Sequence record: LC647030.1
Strand: one strand, 5' to 3'
Source of the DNA: Staphylococcus phage vB_SsapH-Golestan-100
Length of the DNA: 64,000 nt
Below are positions 1 to 9,135 of the stretch, in pieces. Each line of letters starts with the position of its first letter. Positions within the stretch are counted from its first letter, which is position 1. A program made the position numbers and the translations under genes. The notes under the pieces are model-generated. The model searched no databases. It saw only the letters and a program-made list of their open reading frames with translations, and was not told the origin of the DNA.

Positions 1-1425
1 GAAGAGTTTGCTAAACCACCTGCTGAAAGAGATAAGGTGTTAGCTAACTACAAGACTAAGTATAAACCTGAGAAGCAAATATTTAACCCTGGCTCAATAG
101 ATGATAAAGCTAAGTTACTCTTTGAGGTTTTAGGTATGGAATTACCTTATAATAGAGAGTTTATTAAAAAGTCAGCTCTAGATGCAAATAAACCTGAAGA
201 TAAAATAACAACTAAAGACTACAAGACGGATAAAAAGGTTATTGCTCACCTAGCTAAGAGCTATCCTGAGCATAAAGACATTATGGACTTACTGTTAGCC
301 TATTCAGACTATTCAACAGTACGTTCTACCTTTACATCAGGATTCTTAGAGCGTTATAATAAAAATACCAGCAAGTTACATGGTACTTATAATAGCGCAG
401 GTACAGAGACAGGTCGTTTATCTTCTCGTGCTCCAAACCTACAAAACTTACCTCGTAAGTCAACAAATGTAAAAGAGTTTGGGTATAAACATCCTGTTAA
501 AAGAACTTTTACTTCATCATTTGAGAATGGAGCTTTAATACAAGCCGACTATAGTGCCTTAGAGATGAGAATTATTGCCCTATTTACTAAAGATGAAGGA
601 CTAACTCAAGCCTTTTTAGATGGTGAAGATGTCCATAAGGCTACAGCCTCTATAGTGTTTGGTAAACCTATGGATGAAGTAACAGATGAAGAAAGAACTA
701 AGTCTAAAGCAGTAAACTTCGGATTGGCTTATGGTGAAACTCCGCAGTCATTCTCTGCTAAAAATGACATGACTGTAGAAGAGGCAGAGAGTATATTTGA
801 GCAATACTATAGAACTAAACCACAAGTAAAACAAGCTATTGACGATGTACATCAGCAAGCTATTAGAGTAGGTTATGTAGAGACTATGCACGGTCATAGA
901 CGTATCCTTAAAGGAGCGCAAAGTAGAGATAATCAAATAAAGAATAGAGCCTTAAGACAATCTTTTAATGCTATTATTCAAGGTACAGGTGCTTATTTAA
1001 CTAATATGGCCTTAACTTTTATTGATGACTTCTTGACAAAACACAATTATAAGTCTAAACTTATACTAACAGTACATGACAGTATTGTTGTAGATTCTCC
1101 TGAAGATGAGGTACTAGAGGTTTCTAAAGCTGTTAAATACATTATGGAAAACTTACCGTATGACTTCTTATTCATTGAACGTAATGGTGAGCGTATGAGA
1201 TTCCCTGTAACAGCAGATGCTGAAATCGGTGCTAGTTATAATGACATGGTTGATTTACATCCTGAAGATTATAACACATTTAATTCAGTAAAAGGGTACC
1301 TTAAGTTTTATGGAGACTTAGCTAAGCTTAAGTATACTAAAGATTCAAAAGTTATTACTAAAGAGCAGTACGATACTTTAGTAGAAAAAGTAGAGTCACA
1401 AAAAGACCTATATAGAAATATTTAA
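1..1425 (+). CDS. DNA polymerase, family A (Pol I-like), C-terminal palm/fingers portion; 5' end lies outside the window (frame 1 is open from nt 1)
   Basis: Motif A-like TGRLSSRAPNLQNLP, O-helix-like region and motif C VHDSIVVD; reading frame continues upstream of the first ATG. Confidence 0.85.
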   Translation, partial: EEFAKPPAERDKVLANYKTKYKPEKQIFNPGSIDDKAKLLFEVLGMELPYNREFIKKSALDANKPEDKITTKDYKTDKKVIAHLAKSYPEHKDIMDLLLAYSDYSTVRSTFTSGFLERYNKNTSKLHGTYNSAGTETGRLSSRAPNLQNLPRKSTNVKEFGYKHPVKRTFTSSFENGALIQADYSALEMRIIALFTKDEGLTQAFLDGEDVHKATASIVFGKPMDEVTDEERTKSKAVNFGLAYGETPQSFSAKNDMTVEEAESIFEQYYRTKPQVKQAIDDVHQQAIRVGYVETMHGHRRILKGAQSRDNQIKNRALRQSFNAIIQGTGAYLTNMALTFIDDFLTKHNYKSKLILTVHDSIVVDSPEDEVLEVSKAVKYIMENLPYDFLFIERNGERMRFPVTADAEIGASYNDMVDLHPEDYNTFNSVKGYLKFYGDLAKLKYTKDSKVITKEQYDTLVEKVESQKDLYRNI

Positions 1426-1433
1426 AATAGGTC

Positions 1434-1462
1434 TTGACTTCTATTAACTCATATGGTATAGT
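1434..1462 (+). promoter_or_regulatory. sigma70-like promoter (TTGACT-17-TATAGT)
   Basis: TTGACT at 1434-1439, 17-nt spacer, TATAGT at 1457-1462; upstream of the GTG-start ORF 1492. Confidence 0.5.
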
Positions 1463-1491
1463 TATTACAGTAAGAAGAAAGGAGTGTTGTT

Positions 1492-1986
1492 GTGAACAAT
1501 CTGTTAGAGATTAGAGTAGACGCAATAAACCATGATGTTATTAGGGTAGTAGATAATCAAGGACAGTACATAGATTACGATGTCTTACAAGACTTGTCCG
1601 TAAATGATTATAATGCTAACTCAGAGTTAAAGGAACAGCACGTAAAGTATAGACGCTATGCAGATGTTTTTAACCGTATTAGCTTTTACTTAGAGGAAGC
1701 TGAAACAAAGCTTTCTATGATAGGAAGTGAGCTTAACTTAGCTATTAGACAGGAGTATAAAGCTAGAGGAGATAAGCCACCTACTAAAGACGTTATTGAG
1801 GCAGAGATTATGACTAGACAAAAGTATACTGACCAACAACGTAATGTTAATACATTAACTTATCAAAAAGAGCAACTTAAGACAATTCTTAAAGCGTTTG
1901 AGCAACGTAAAGACATGTTAGTTCAATACACAGCTCATTTACGTAAAGACATTGAGCACGGAACAAGAGATTGGAAAATAAATTAA
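1492..1986 (+). CDS. hypothetical protein, 164 aa (GTG start)
   Basis: ORF with AAAGGAG RBS upstream; no recognisable motif. Confidence 0.6.
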   Translation: MNNLLEIRVDAINHDVIRVVDNQGQYIDYDVLQDLSVNDYNANSELKEQHVKYRRYADVFNRISFYLEEAETKLSMIGSELNLAIRQEYKARGDKPPTKDVIEAEIMTRQKYTDQQRNVNTLTYQKEQLKTILKAFEQRKDMLVQYTAHLRKDIEHGTRDWKIN

Positions 1987-1994
1987 AATAAGGG

Positions 1995-2023
1995 TTGACA
2001 TGCTTAAACAGCTATGTTATACT
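1995..2023 (+). promoter_or_regulatory. consensus sigma70-like promoter (TTGACA-17-TATACT)
   Basis: TTGACA 1995-2000, 17-nt spacer, TATACT 2018-2023. Confidence 0.6.
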
Positions 2024-2068
2024 AAATAAGTAATAAATAATAAAACAAATTAGAGGAGGACATTTAAT

Positions 2069-3247
2069 ATGTCATTTGCAGACTTAGTACAATCAGAAAT
2101 CAATAAATTCGATAACAACGGTGGTAACAACGGAGAAGGTAATCAGGATAGATACAAACAACCTCATCCACACATTCAAATGGGTAAAGGAAAAGCTGAC
2201 GGGTATGAAATTTATGTACGTGTTGTACCTGTTGTACAACCTGACGGTCATTTTGGAGTTATGACTCGTAAAGCGTTAGTATCTTTCCCTAAAGAAGGTC
2301 AAACAAAGTATCAATCAATTCAAGTACCTCTTGATGACAACTCAACTTATGCAGAAGCTAAATTAAATGAATGGTTACAAAAAGGATACCCATTAGGTAG
2401 ATTCACACCTTCATTAAAACCTACATTTATGTTTAACATAATTAAAGTGTTTGAAACAAACCAAGGATTCCAATACAATGTAGATGCACAAGGAAATCCA
2501 ATTGTTCAACCTATGGAGATTCCAAATGGGGCTTATGTTGATTTGATGAAATTAATTGGTGATGCTAAACTACGTCCAGCAGGTTGTACATCAGACTACA
2601 GCTTTGTATCAGAAGACTTTGGTACATTAGTTAAGTTTGAGAAACCAAAACAGTCAGACCAAGTTAAGAAATGGACAATTCAACCATACACTAACGTTGT
2701 GTTACCTCCATTACCTCAAGGATGGAAAGAGAACTCAGCAGACTTACAAGAGTTATCTAAAACAACATCAGATACAGTAATTGATAAGTTTGTAGCACCT
2801 TTTGTAGAAGCACAACAACCAATGATGGGTGAAGATAGTGGTCAAGGAGCTACTCCTGATTATAACTCACCATTTAAATCACAAGCTACACCACAACAAT
2901 CTAATCAACAAGCACAGGCTAATGTACCACCTCAACAACCAGTACAACAGCCAGTACAGCAACAACCACAACAGTCTTACAACCAACAACAGCAAGGTCA
3001 GGCTGGACAATATAACCAACCAGGAGTAAATCAATACCAAAGTACTCCAGTAAGTCAACAACCTAGTAACACAGGAGGAGTTAACTGGGACTCATTAGCA
3101 CAACAACAAGCGCAACCTGAAGTGGCTCAACCTCAACAGACTCAGCCACAACAACCTAATACAAATGTAGAACCTCCACAACAACCAACTCAGGATAACA
3201 TGCCTGATGATGTACAATCACTATTAGATGATGTATTAAAAGGTTAA
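2069..3247 (+). CDS. Gln/Pro-rich protein with acidic C-terminal tail (possible ssDNA-binding/accessory replication protein)
   Basis: GAGGAGGA RBS; C-terminal half is low-complexity Q/P-rich and ends in acidic DDVQSLLDDVLKG, reminiscent of SSB tails; sits directly upstream of the recombinase. Confidence 0.65.
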   Translation: MSFADLVQSEINKFDNNGGNNGEGNQDRYKQPHPHIQMGKGKADGYEIYVRVVPVVQPDGHFGVMTRKALVSFPKEGQTKYQSIQVPLDDNSTYAEAKLNEWLQKGYPLGRFTPSLKPTFMFNIIKVFETNQGFQYNVDAQGNPIVQPMEIPNGAYVDLMKLIGDAKLRPAGCTSDYSFVSEDFGTLVKFEKPKQSDQVKKWTIQPYTNVVLPPLPQGWKENSADLQELSKTTSDTVIDKFVAPFVEAQQPMMGEDSGQGATPDYNSPFKSQATPQQSNQQAQANVPPQQPVQQPVQQQPQQSYNQQQQGQAGQYNQPGVNQYQSTPVSQQPSNTGGVNWDSLAQQQAQPEVAQPQQTQPQQPNTNVEPPQQPTQDNMPDDVQSLLDDVLKG

Positions 3248-3322
3248 TAGTAACTTTATAAGCTAGGTTATCACCTAGCTTTCATTTTGAATAAATTATA
3301 TAAAAAAAGGAGTTTTATATAC

Positions 3323-4615
3323 ATGTCACGTAAAAAACAAAGTGAAAACACGAACACAACACAGGTGGCAGGAGAACCACTAGATGCCTTATCAGTATTG
3401 AAACTAGGTAAAGATGTAGGTTTGACACTAATGAGAGATAATACTTACGCTAATGTATCTAATTGGCTACCTACAGGTATCCCTCAATATGATAGGATTT
3501 TAGGAGGCGGTATTCCTTTTGGTCGTGTAACTGAGATTTTTGGTAAGAAGGCATCAGGTAAGAGTACATTTGCTTTAGCCTTATCAAAACAAGCTAGTGA
3601 CCTTGATGTAGTAACTGTATGGATTGACGTAGAAGGAACTAGTGACATAAACCGTTTAACTCAGTTAGGGATTGACACTGAAAAGGTTTTTGCTATTCAG
3701 CCTGAATTTAACCCTAAAACTAACATGGTAGACCCACTTACAGTAGAGATTATTGGTGAGAAGATTGAGAACCTATTAAAGGTATTTAGAGATAACAGTC
3801 CCAATACACCTCTCTTAATCATATGGGACTCAATCGCAGCCACTTCATCTAAGGTAGAGATGGAAAGTGACTATGACTCAGAAAGACCTGGTTTAAAAGC
3901 TAAATCTCTAGCTAAGTTCTTTAACAAAGTAACACCATTAGTAAATGGTTATAACGTAGCTTTAGTTTGTATTAACCAAGCTCGTGATGTCATGGGTGGT
4001 AGCTTTGGTCATGGAGACAACATTGATTCTCCAGGAGGTAAAGCTCTTGAACACGTTGTATCACTTCAATTACTAGTTAACCAAGTAGATGCTAGTAAGT
4101 TTAATCAGAAAAAACCGACTTCTGCTAGTCAATATGGTGACTATGTAGGACATAACATGCAAGTAACGACTAAAAAATCTAAAGTATCTAGACCTAACCA
4201 AAAAGCTAAAGCTTTCATTGCTAGTGAATATGAGTTAGATGATGGTACAGAGATTAATGGTTTTGACCCTATGGTTAACTTTGCTATGTCAGCAGACAAC
4301 AATAAGATTTTAGATTCTAGAGGTTCTTGGAAAGTGTTTGTAGATAAGCATGGTCAAGAACATAAGAAATACATGAAAGACTGGACAATGTTCTTTTACT
4401 ATAATGAAGACCCTGAACTAATTGAAGAGATTGTAGGTAGAACTTACTTCAAGATGTTCCAAAAAGGATACCCTGCATTTAATAATCAGATAATTGATGT
4501 TTCTAATAAGCTAGGTATGAAAGAACTAAAACGTTTGTTTGAAGAGAAAGAAGCTACAGAGAACTCACAAGCAGAAGAAAGTGAGGTAAGTACAGATGGA
4601 AGCACAGAAGACTAA
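3323..4615 (+). CDS. RecA/UvsX-like recombinase (start moved to the ATG preceded by AAAGGAG)
   Basis: Walker A GKKASGKST, RecA-like core; the ORF track starts at 3287 but the RBS favours 3323. Confidence 0.8.
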   Translation: MSRKKQSENTNTTQVAGEPLDALSVLKLGKDVGLTLMRDNTYANVSNWLPTGIPQYDRILGGGIPFGRVTEIFGKKASGKSTFALALSKQASDLDVVTVWIDVEGTSDINRLTQLGIDTEKVFAIQPEFNPKTNMVDPLTVEIIGEKIENLLKVFRDNSPNTPLLIIWDSIAATSSKVEMESDYDSERPGLKAKSLAKFFNKVTPLVNGYNVALVCINQARDVMGGSFGHGDNIDSPGGKALEHVVSLQLLVNQVDASKFNQKKPTSASQYGDYVGHNMQVTTKKSKVSRPNQKAKAFIASEYELDDGTEINGFDPMVNFAMSADNNKILDSRGSWKVFVDKHGQEHKKYMKDWTMFFYYNEDPELIEEIVGRTYFKMFQKGYPAFNNQIIDVSNKLGMKELKRLFEEKEATENSQAEESEVSTDGSTED

Positions 4616-4943
4616 GTTTGAGCAAGCTGTAGAAGAGTACTTAAAGCAAGAAGGGGTCAACAAGACCCCTATTCCTTATATAGACATTAAACGTAGAATG
4701 CAAGAATGGTTTGAATCAGGAGAACCAATCTTAGTTGAAGATAGTAGTTTCCCTAGTTCTAGCTCCACTAAGATTTATATTAATTATGTAGGAGATAGAT
4801 GGGTTGGAGGATACTCTGAAGTATGGTATTTAGGTGAGGTAGTTAAAGTACCTGAAACTATTCATTACTCAGACCTATATATCACGAACCCTACAATTAA
4901 AAAACGTATCGTACCTGTAAAGGAAAACCCATATGAAGTCTAA
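4596..4943 (+). CDS. hypothetical protein, 115 aa
   Basis: ORF overlapping the recombinase stop; translational coupling likely. Confidence 0.5.
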   Translation: MEAQKTKFEQAVEEYLKQEGVNKTPIPYIDIKRRMQEWFESGEPILVEDSSFPSSSSTKIYINYVGDRWVGGYSEVWYLGEVVKVPETIHYSDLYITNPTIKKRIVPVKENPYEV

Positions 4944-5586
4944 TGGTAATAGATACATTACTGATACAGATGGACTTAATGTTACATTCCAAAGAGACTT
5001 AGATAAACTATATCTTCAGTATGCTAACCTAAGACACGCTATCTATCAACAACACGCTTGGAGATTTGATAACCATGTCAAGAAAGAAGAACTGAGAGAG
5101 TATATAGATGAGCAGTTTATCTTGTTGACTAAGGAATACAATGTTGGTTCTTCTGTAGATTTTCCTGGTTATATAAAAACCAAACTAAGTCTACGTGTAA
5201 AAGAAAGCTATGTAAAGAATAGAGTTAAAAAAGAGCACAATGAATTCTTAGGTAGTAATGATGATTCTATTGAGATGCTAGCAGAAGCTACAGATGACTC
5301 ATTAGAAGATGCAGAGCTCTTTAGTTATGTTATTGAAGAAGGAGAGTTTACTGACCTTCAAAAGTTACTGCTCTCTTATTTAGTTAGTAACAAATACAAA
5401 TTAGAACACCCTAGAATCATATCTATAATTTCTAAGTCAGAAAACATAAATCGTAAAGAAGTTGTAGAGGCTTATAATAGTCTTTATACTTACATTAAAG
5501 ACCGTTGTAAAGAGTTTGAAGCTTTATCTCCAAACCTAGGGATAAATGAAAAGGGTCACGTTAATACTAAGGTAGATAACTTGTAA
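4933..5586 (+). CDS. putative phage sigma-factor-like protein, 217 aa
   Basis: Position after the recombinase matches Twort-like phages; region-2-like aromatic/basic segment; no definitive motif. Confidence 0.4.
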   Translation: MKSNGNRYITDTDGLNVTFQRDLDKLYLQYANLRHAIYQQHAWRFDNHVKKEELREYIDEQFILLTKEYNVGSSVDFPGYIKTKLSLRVKESYVKNRVKKEHNEFLGSNDDSIEMLAEATDDSLEDAELFSYVIEEGEFTDLQKLLLSYLVSNKYKLEHPRIISIISKSENINRKEVVEAYNSLYTYIKDRCKEFEALSPNLGINEKGHVNTKVDNL

Positions 5587-5677
5587 CTACCTTACCCTTT
5601 CTGCTATATTGTCTATAAGCCTTACTACAGTAGTGCTATATTAATTTTGAAAACAAATACAGAAAGGGGAATTTTTC

Positions 5678-6022
5678 GTGGGAACTCCTATTGATAAAGA
5701 CCAAGCAACAGCAAAATTAGATACAGTTGAGGTTTATGTACCAGGCGCTAAAGAGACTAGAATTAACTTTCTACAATTTACACCATTAGTAGTAGCTATT
5801 ATTACATTACTAAACATGGTTTATACATCTATTACTGGTAATTCACTATTAGGTATTTCAGATGATGAATTAGCTTCATATGTAAACTTAATTATCTCAA
5901 CTATTGCAATTGCTGTTACAGCATATAAAAACCTTAACATCACTAAAGGCGGACGTGCTAGAGCAGAAGTTGCTAAGCAGGCTATACCCGATAAAAAAAA
6001 GTACAAACAGCAAAATAAATAA
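5678..6022 (+). CDS. small membrane protein, 114 aa (GTG start)
   Basis: Two predicted TM helices; AAAGGGGA RBS. Confidence 0.55.
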   Translation: MGTPIDKDQATAKLDTVEVYVPGAKETRINFLQFTPLVVAIITLLNMVYTSITGNSLLGISDDELASYVNLIISTIAIAVTAYKNLNITKGGRARAEVAKQAIPDKKKYKQQNK

Positions 6023-6052
6023 AATATATACATAAGAGAGGATTGAAAGTCT

Positions 6053-6898
6053 ATGGCAGTTGAATCAAAAGACATTCTTGAAATCATCAAAGAGAAAGCC
6101 CCAGCTATTGATAACACATATTTACAAGTAAAGACAACACCTGATGGTTACACAGGAACTTATGAAGGGTTCTATTCTTACCTAGTTCAAAAAGATGGAG
6201 AAGAGTATGGTGTTTACCCTATTGAAACTACAGGAGCTAATGAGCTTAAAGTGTTTAAGAAATCTCCAATTATCATGACAGATGGAGAGGAAGTACACTT
6301 TGTAGTTAGTACTATGGATGACCCATTCCAACATCCTATCATTAAACAAGAGAGTGTTGGCAAGCAAACAAAAGAACATGCTGTACTTCAAGCATTCTTA
6401 GCTTTTGCTAGCTCACGTTTCTCTATGACAGTTTACCACATTATGATTGCTGACGGTGAAGGTAGCTTCTCTTCAGTAGCTAATGCAGATGCTTTTGGTA
6501 ACTTAGTAGAAACTAACGCTCAAGCTTCAGAAGAAATTGTTAAAGGTAAATTCGATAAGAACGCACACGTGCAAGAAGTAGCATTTGATAAAGAGTCTGT
6601 TGAATTAAATATTGGTGAGACAGAACAAATCTTAACGCTTATTACACCTACTTATGCTTCTAATAAAGATGTTGTACTAACATCTTCTAGAGAGACAGTA
6701 GCTAAGATTAACAGTACAGGTCTTATTACAGCTGTAGCAGAAGGTGAAGCAACTATCACTGTTACAACAGCTGATGGTAAATTACGTGCTAAAGCTACAG
6801 TAACAGTAAAGCCTAGCACAGGTAGTCAAGAGCCTGAAGCACCTACAAATGTGAAAGTAGACGCACAAGAAACAAGCGCTAACGTATCAGCAGAATAG
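6053..6898 (+). CDS. Ig-like (Big_2) domain protein, probable virion decoration/adhesin
   Basis: C-terminal Big_2-like segment ...TAVAEGEATITVTTADGKLRAKATVTV. Confidence 0.75.
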   Translation: MAVESKDILEIIKEKAPAIDNTYLQVKTTPDGYTGTYEGFYSYLVQKDGEEYGVYPIETTGANELKVFKKSPIIMTDGEEVHFVVSTMDDPFQHPIIKQESVGKQTKEHAVLQAFLAFASSRFSMTVYHIMIADGEGSFSSVANADAFGNLVETNAQASEEIVKGKFDKNAHVQEVAFDKESVELNIGETEQILTLITPTYASNKDVVLTSSRETVAKINSTGLITAVAEGEATITVTTADGKLRAKATVTVKPSTGSQEPEAPTNVKVDAQETSANVSAE

Positions 6899-6966
6899 GT
6901 AGCATATAACAGCAGGGGCAACTCTGCTGATTATAAATATTTTAAAACAACTGGAGAGATGTACAA

Positions 6967-7488
6967 ATGGCAAACAAACTAAACTTGTATAAGGGAACCG
7001 AACTAGTAAAATCTGTAGATGCAAACCAAGAAGGTGCTACTGAAGTGCTTATCGAAGGGTTAAAGTCTAATACAAACTTTGCTAAAGGTGACTATAAGGT
7101 TTCTTTCAGCAATGATAGTGGTGAGTCTAATAAAGTAGATGTCCCAAGCTTCAAGACTTTAGCTATTTTAGTATCAGCTATTCAAGTAACTAATGCAACG
7201 GAAGCCTTAGAAGTCGGGGGCACAGCAACAATTAGTGCTTCAGTAACTCCTGAGAATGCTTCTGATAAGACTTTAGTATTTGTCTCAAACAATGAAGAGG
7301 TAGCAACAGTTGATGGCAGTGGTAAGATTACTGCTGTAGGTGAAGGTAGTACAAAAATTTCAGTAGCATCTAATGATGGTAATGCTTCTTCAGAAGTAAC
7401 AGTAAATGTAACTGTACCAGCACCATCAGAACCTGCTAATGTAACTGTAACACCAGCAGAAGAGTCAGCTACAATTTCAGTAGACTAA
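6967..7488 (+). CDS. FN3-like N-terminal domain plus Big_2 Ig-like domain protein
   Basis: Big_2 signature KITAVGEGSTKISVASNDGNASSEVTVNV; N-terminal ~65 aa is paralogous to 7508..7732 and to the N-terminus of 15553..17238. Confidence 0.75.
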   Translation: MANKLNLYKGTELVKSVDANQEGATEVLIEGLKSNTNFAKGDYKVSFSNDSGESNKVDVPSFKTLAILVSAIQVTNATEALEVGGTATISASVTPENASDKTLVFVSNNEEVATVDGSGKITAVGEGSTKISVASNDGNASSEVTVNVTVPAPSEPANVTVTPAEESATISVD

Positions 7489-7507
7489 TAGGAAGGATGA
7501 TTAACTA

Positions 7508-7732
7508 ATGGCTAAAACATTAAAAGTATACAAGAAATCAGGAGAGGAAGTTGCTCAACAAGAAGTTAGTGGCACAGGAGCTACCACAGTAGAGATTACT
7601 GGGCTTACAGCAGGCACTGACTATGCAGAAGGTGATTTCCAAGTATCCTTCACAGATGGTTCTAAGGAATCTAAAAAAGTAGATGTACCTGCATTTACAA
7701 CAAATGCTTCAGAACCAACAGAAGGAGCTTAG
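7508..7732 (+). CDS. stand-alone FN3-like domain protein, 74 aa (paralog of the 6967 N-terminal domain)
   Basis: Conserved ...EGDFQVSFTDGSKESKKVDVPAFTT, as in the neighbouring gene. Confidence 0.6.
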   Translation: MAKTLKVYKKSGEEVAQQEVSGTGATTVEITGLTAGTDYAEGDFQVSFTDGSKESKKVDVPAFTTNASEPTEGA

Positions 7733-7738
7733 TAGATA

Positions 7739-7771
7739 GACTAGGATTAATTTCCTAGTCTTTTTTTTTTT
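7739..7771 (+). terminator. rho-independent terminator
   Basis: Stem gactagga / tcctagtc, loop ttaatt, then T11 (followed by A8). Confidence 0.7.
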
Positions 7772-7794
7772 AAAAAAAATATCCGCTTCTATGC

Positions 7795-7824
7795 TTGACA
7801 GCTATGAAGCGGTTATGATATACT
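7795..7824 (+). promoter_or_regulatory. sigma70-like promoter (TTGACA-18-TATACT) embedded in a ccgcttc/gaagcgg inverted repeat
   Basis: TTGACA 7795-7800; TATACT 7819-7824; IR arms at 7783-7789 and 7807-7813 flank the -35. Confidence 0.55.
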
Positions 7825-7852
7825 AAGTATATACCAATTAGGAGGAGATATT

Positions 7853-8098
7853 ATGAGTAACGTATTTGCACAAGAACAATTTATTGACCGTTTAGAACAA
7901 GAAGGATTAGAAGTAGTAGAAGAGGATAGCTATTACACAGTAGAAGATGTAGAAGGTCATATTGCTATTGTAGACTTTGTAGGTGACATAGTAAACGTTT
8001 CTGATAATGAAGGGGTTAGAGTATCACATAACGTTGACCAAATCTACTTAGCGTTCTATGCAGTGATGGACGCACTGGATTATGAATTTGATGAATAA
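7853..8098 (+). CDS. hypothetical acidic protein, 81 aa
   Basis: AATTAGGAGGAG RBS. Confidence 0.6.
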   Translation: MSNVFAQEQFIDRLEQEGLEVVEEDSYYTVEDVEGHIAIVDFVGDIVNVSDNEGVRVSHNVDQIYLAFYAVMDALDYEFDE

Positions 8099-8103
8099 AG
8101 TTC

Positions 8104-8132
8104 TTGACACCACTCAAGGACTTTAGTATAAT
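8104..8132 (+). promoter_or_regulatory. consensus promoter (TTGACA-17-TATAAT)
   Basis: TTGACA 8104-8109, TATAAT 8127-8132. Confidence 0.6.
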
Positions 8133-8162
8133 AGTATTATAATCAATTAGGAGGAATTAGTT

Positions 8163-8585
8163 ATGAAATTACTAAAACAGATTATTAAGGTATTAGATGA
8201 GAGAGGTATTCAAGTAAATAACTTAAACATAGACGATGTGGTTAATGGAGAGTACGGAATTGAAATCAACAAAGAAATCACTATTGTCCATAGAGAAGGT
8301 TTGTATTATGCACTATATACGGAAGATGCTAGCTTAGAGGAGACATATTACAGTTCTCTAACAGAAGCATTAGAAAAGGTAGCTGACTATTTAAGTAGAG
8401 TAAAGGAAGGCTCTATCGTAAAATCTTTTCTTGGTGTATTCACATATAAAGTTATCAAACACAACAGTAAAGATTTGTATAACTTACTAAATGTAGATGA
8501 CAACACCCTATTATATACAGAGTGTGAAAGTATGGACTCTATTCAAGACAAGATTAACAGAGGTCAGTTTTATGCAGAACAATAA
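8163..8585 (+). CDS. hypothetical protein, 140 aa
   Basis: AATTAGGAGGAA RBS. Confidence 0.65.
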   Translation: MKLLKQIIKVLDERGIQVNNLNIDDVVNGEYGIEINKEITIVHREGLYYALYTEDASLEETYYSSLTEALEKVADYLSRVKEGSIVKSFLGVFTYKVIKHNSKDLYNLLNVDDNTLLYTECESMDSIQDKINRGQFYAEQ

Positions 8586-8904
8586 ATGGTACGCACTATG
8601 TGAATATAAAGGTAAAGGGAAGAATAAAAAGCCTTATCAAGTCCAAGCCTCTACAAGTAAAGAAAAGCTTTTAGATAGAAAGGATAGTTTAGAGTTAGAG
8701 TATCCTGATAGAGAATATGCAATAAAGTTAACAACAACCTTTGACAAAGAAAGAAAGTGGAGCGGGCTTAATCCGCTTCTCTTACTTAGAGTATATAAGC
8801 AATTGTATATTGTAAGTAGGAGTGATGACCCTACTAGATTAAATGTTGCATATAGCCTTCTGTTCACACAGAGGGTTTTTTATTTAAATGTTGACAGGAT
8901 TTAA
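8572..8904 (+). CDS. hypothetical protein, ~110 aa (uncertain; 3' end runs through a terminator hairpin and the next promoter)
   Basis: ATG at 8572 with an AGAGG RBS; the ORF track version starts at 8497 inside the previous gene. Confidence 0.3.
   Translation: MQNNKWYALCEYKGKGKNKKPYQVQASTSKEKLLDRKDSLELEYPDREYAIKLTTTFDKERKWSGLNPLLLLRVYKQLYIVSRSDDPTRLNVAYSLLFTQRVFYLNVDRI
8856..8884 (+). terminator. rho-independent terminator
   Basis: Stem ccttctg / cagaggg (one mismatch) followed by T7. Confidence 0.5.
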
Positions 8905-8919
8905 GTAGTGTGATATAGT
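8891..8919 (+). promoter_or_regulatory. promoter (TTGACA-17-TATAGT)
   Basis: TTGACA 8891-8896, TATAGT 8914-8919. Confidence 0.55.
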
Positions 8920-8949
8920 TAGTATATAAATTAATTAGGAGGAAAAGTA

Positions 8950-9135
8950 ATGGAGAATAGAGACATTATCAGTAACATATTAACAGAGTTAGAGTACATT
9001 GATACTAGTGAACTAAACCATAAACAACAAATGATGGTAGCTAGAGTAGAATCATTGTTAGATGACTTAGCATGGGAATTACAAGAAGAGGAAGCGGTTG
9101 AGTTTATGAAACAAATCAATGAGGAGGAAAAGTAA
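8950..9135 (+). CDS. hypothetical acidic protein, 61 aa
   Basis: AATTAGGAGGAAAAG RBS. Confidence 0.55.
   Translation: MENRDIISNILTELEYIDTSELNHKQQMMVARVESLLDDLAWELQEEEAVEFMKQINEEEK

Noticed and set aside
748-936. 62-aa minus-strand ORF inside the DNA polymerase gene
   Set aside because: It is antisense to a strongly supported CDS, has no RBS and is hydrophobic junk. It is a spurious AT-rich ORF.
1404-1434. Hairpin agacct...aggtct after the polymerase stop as a terminator
   Set aside because: The 21-nt loop contains the stop codon, there is no U-tract, and it overlaps the -35 of the next promoter. It is too weak to call.
2829-3061. Two overlapping ORFs (plus and minus) inside the Q/P-rich gene
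   Set aside because: Low-complexity CAA/CAG repeats keep alternative frames open. Neither has a start context.
5821-6391. Minus-strand ORFs 5821..6117 and 6182..6391
   Set aside because: They are antisense to supported plus-strand genes and have no RBS.
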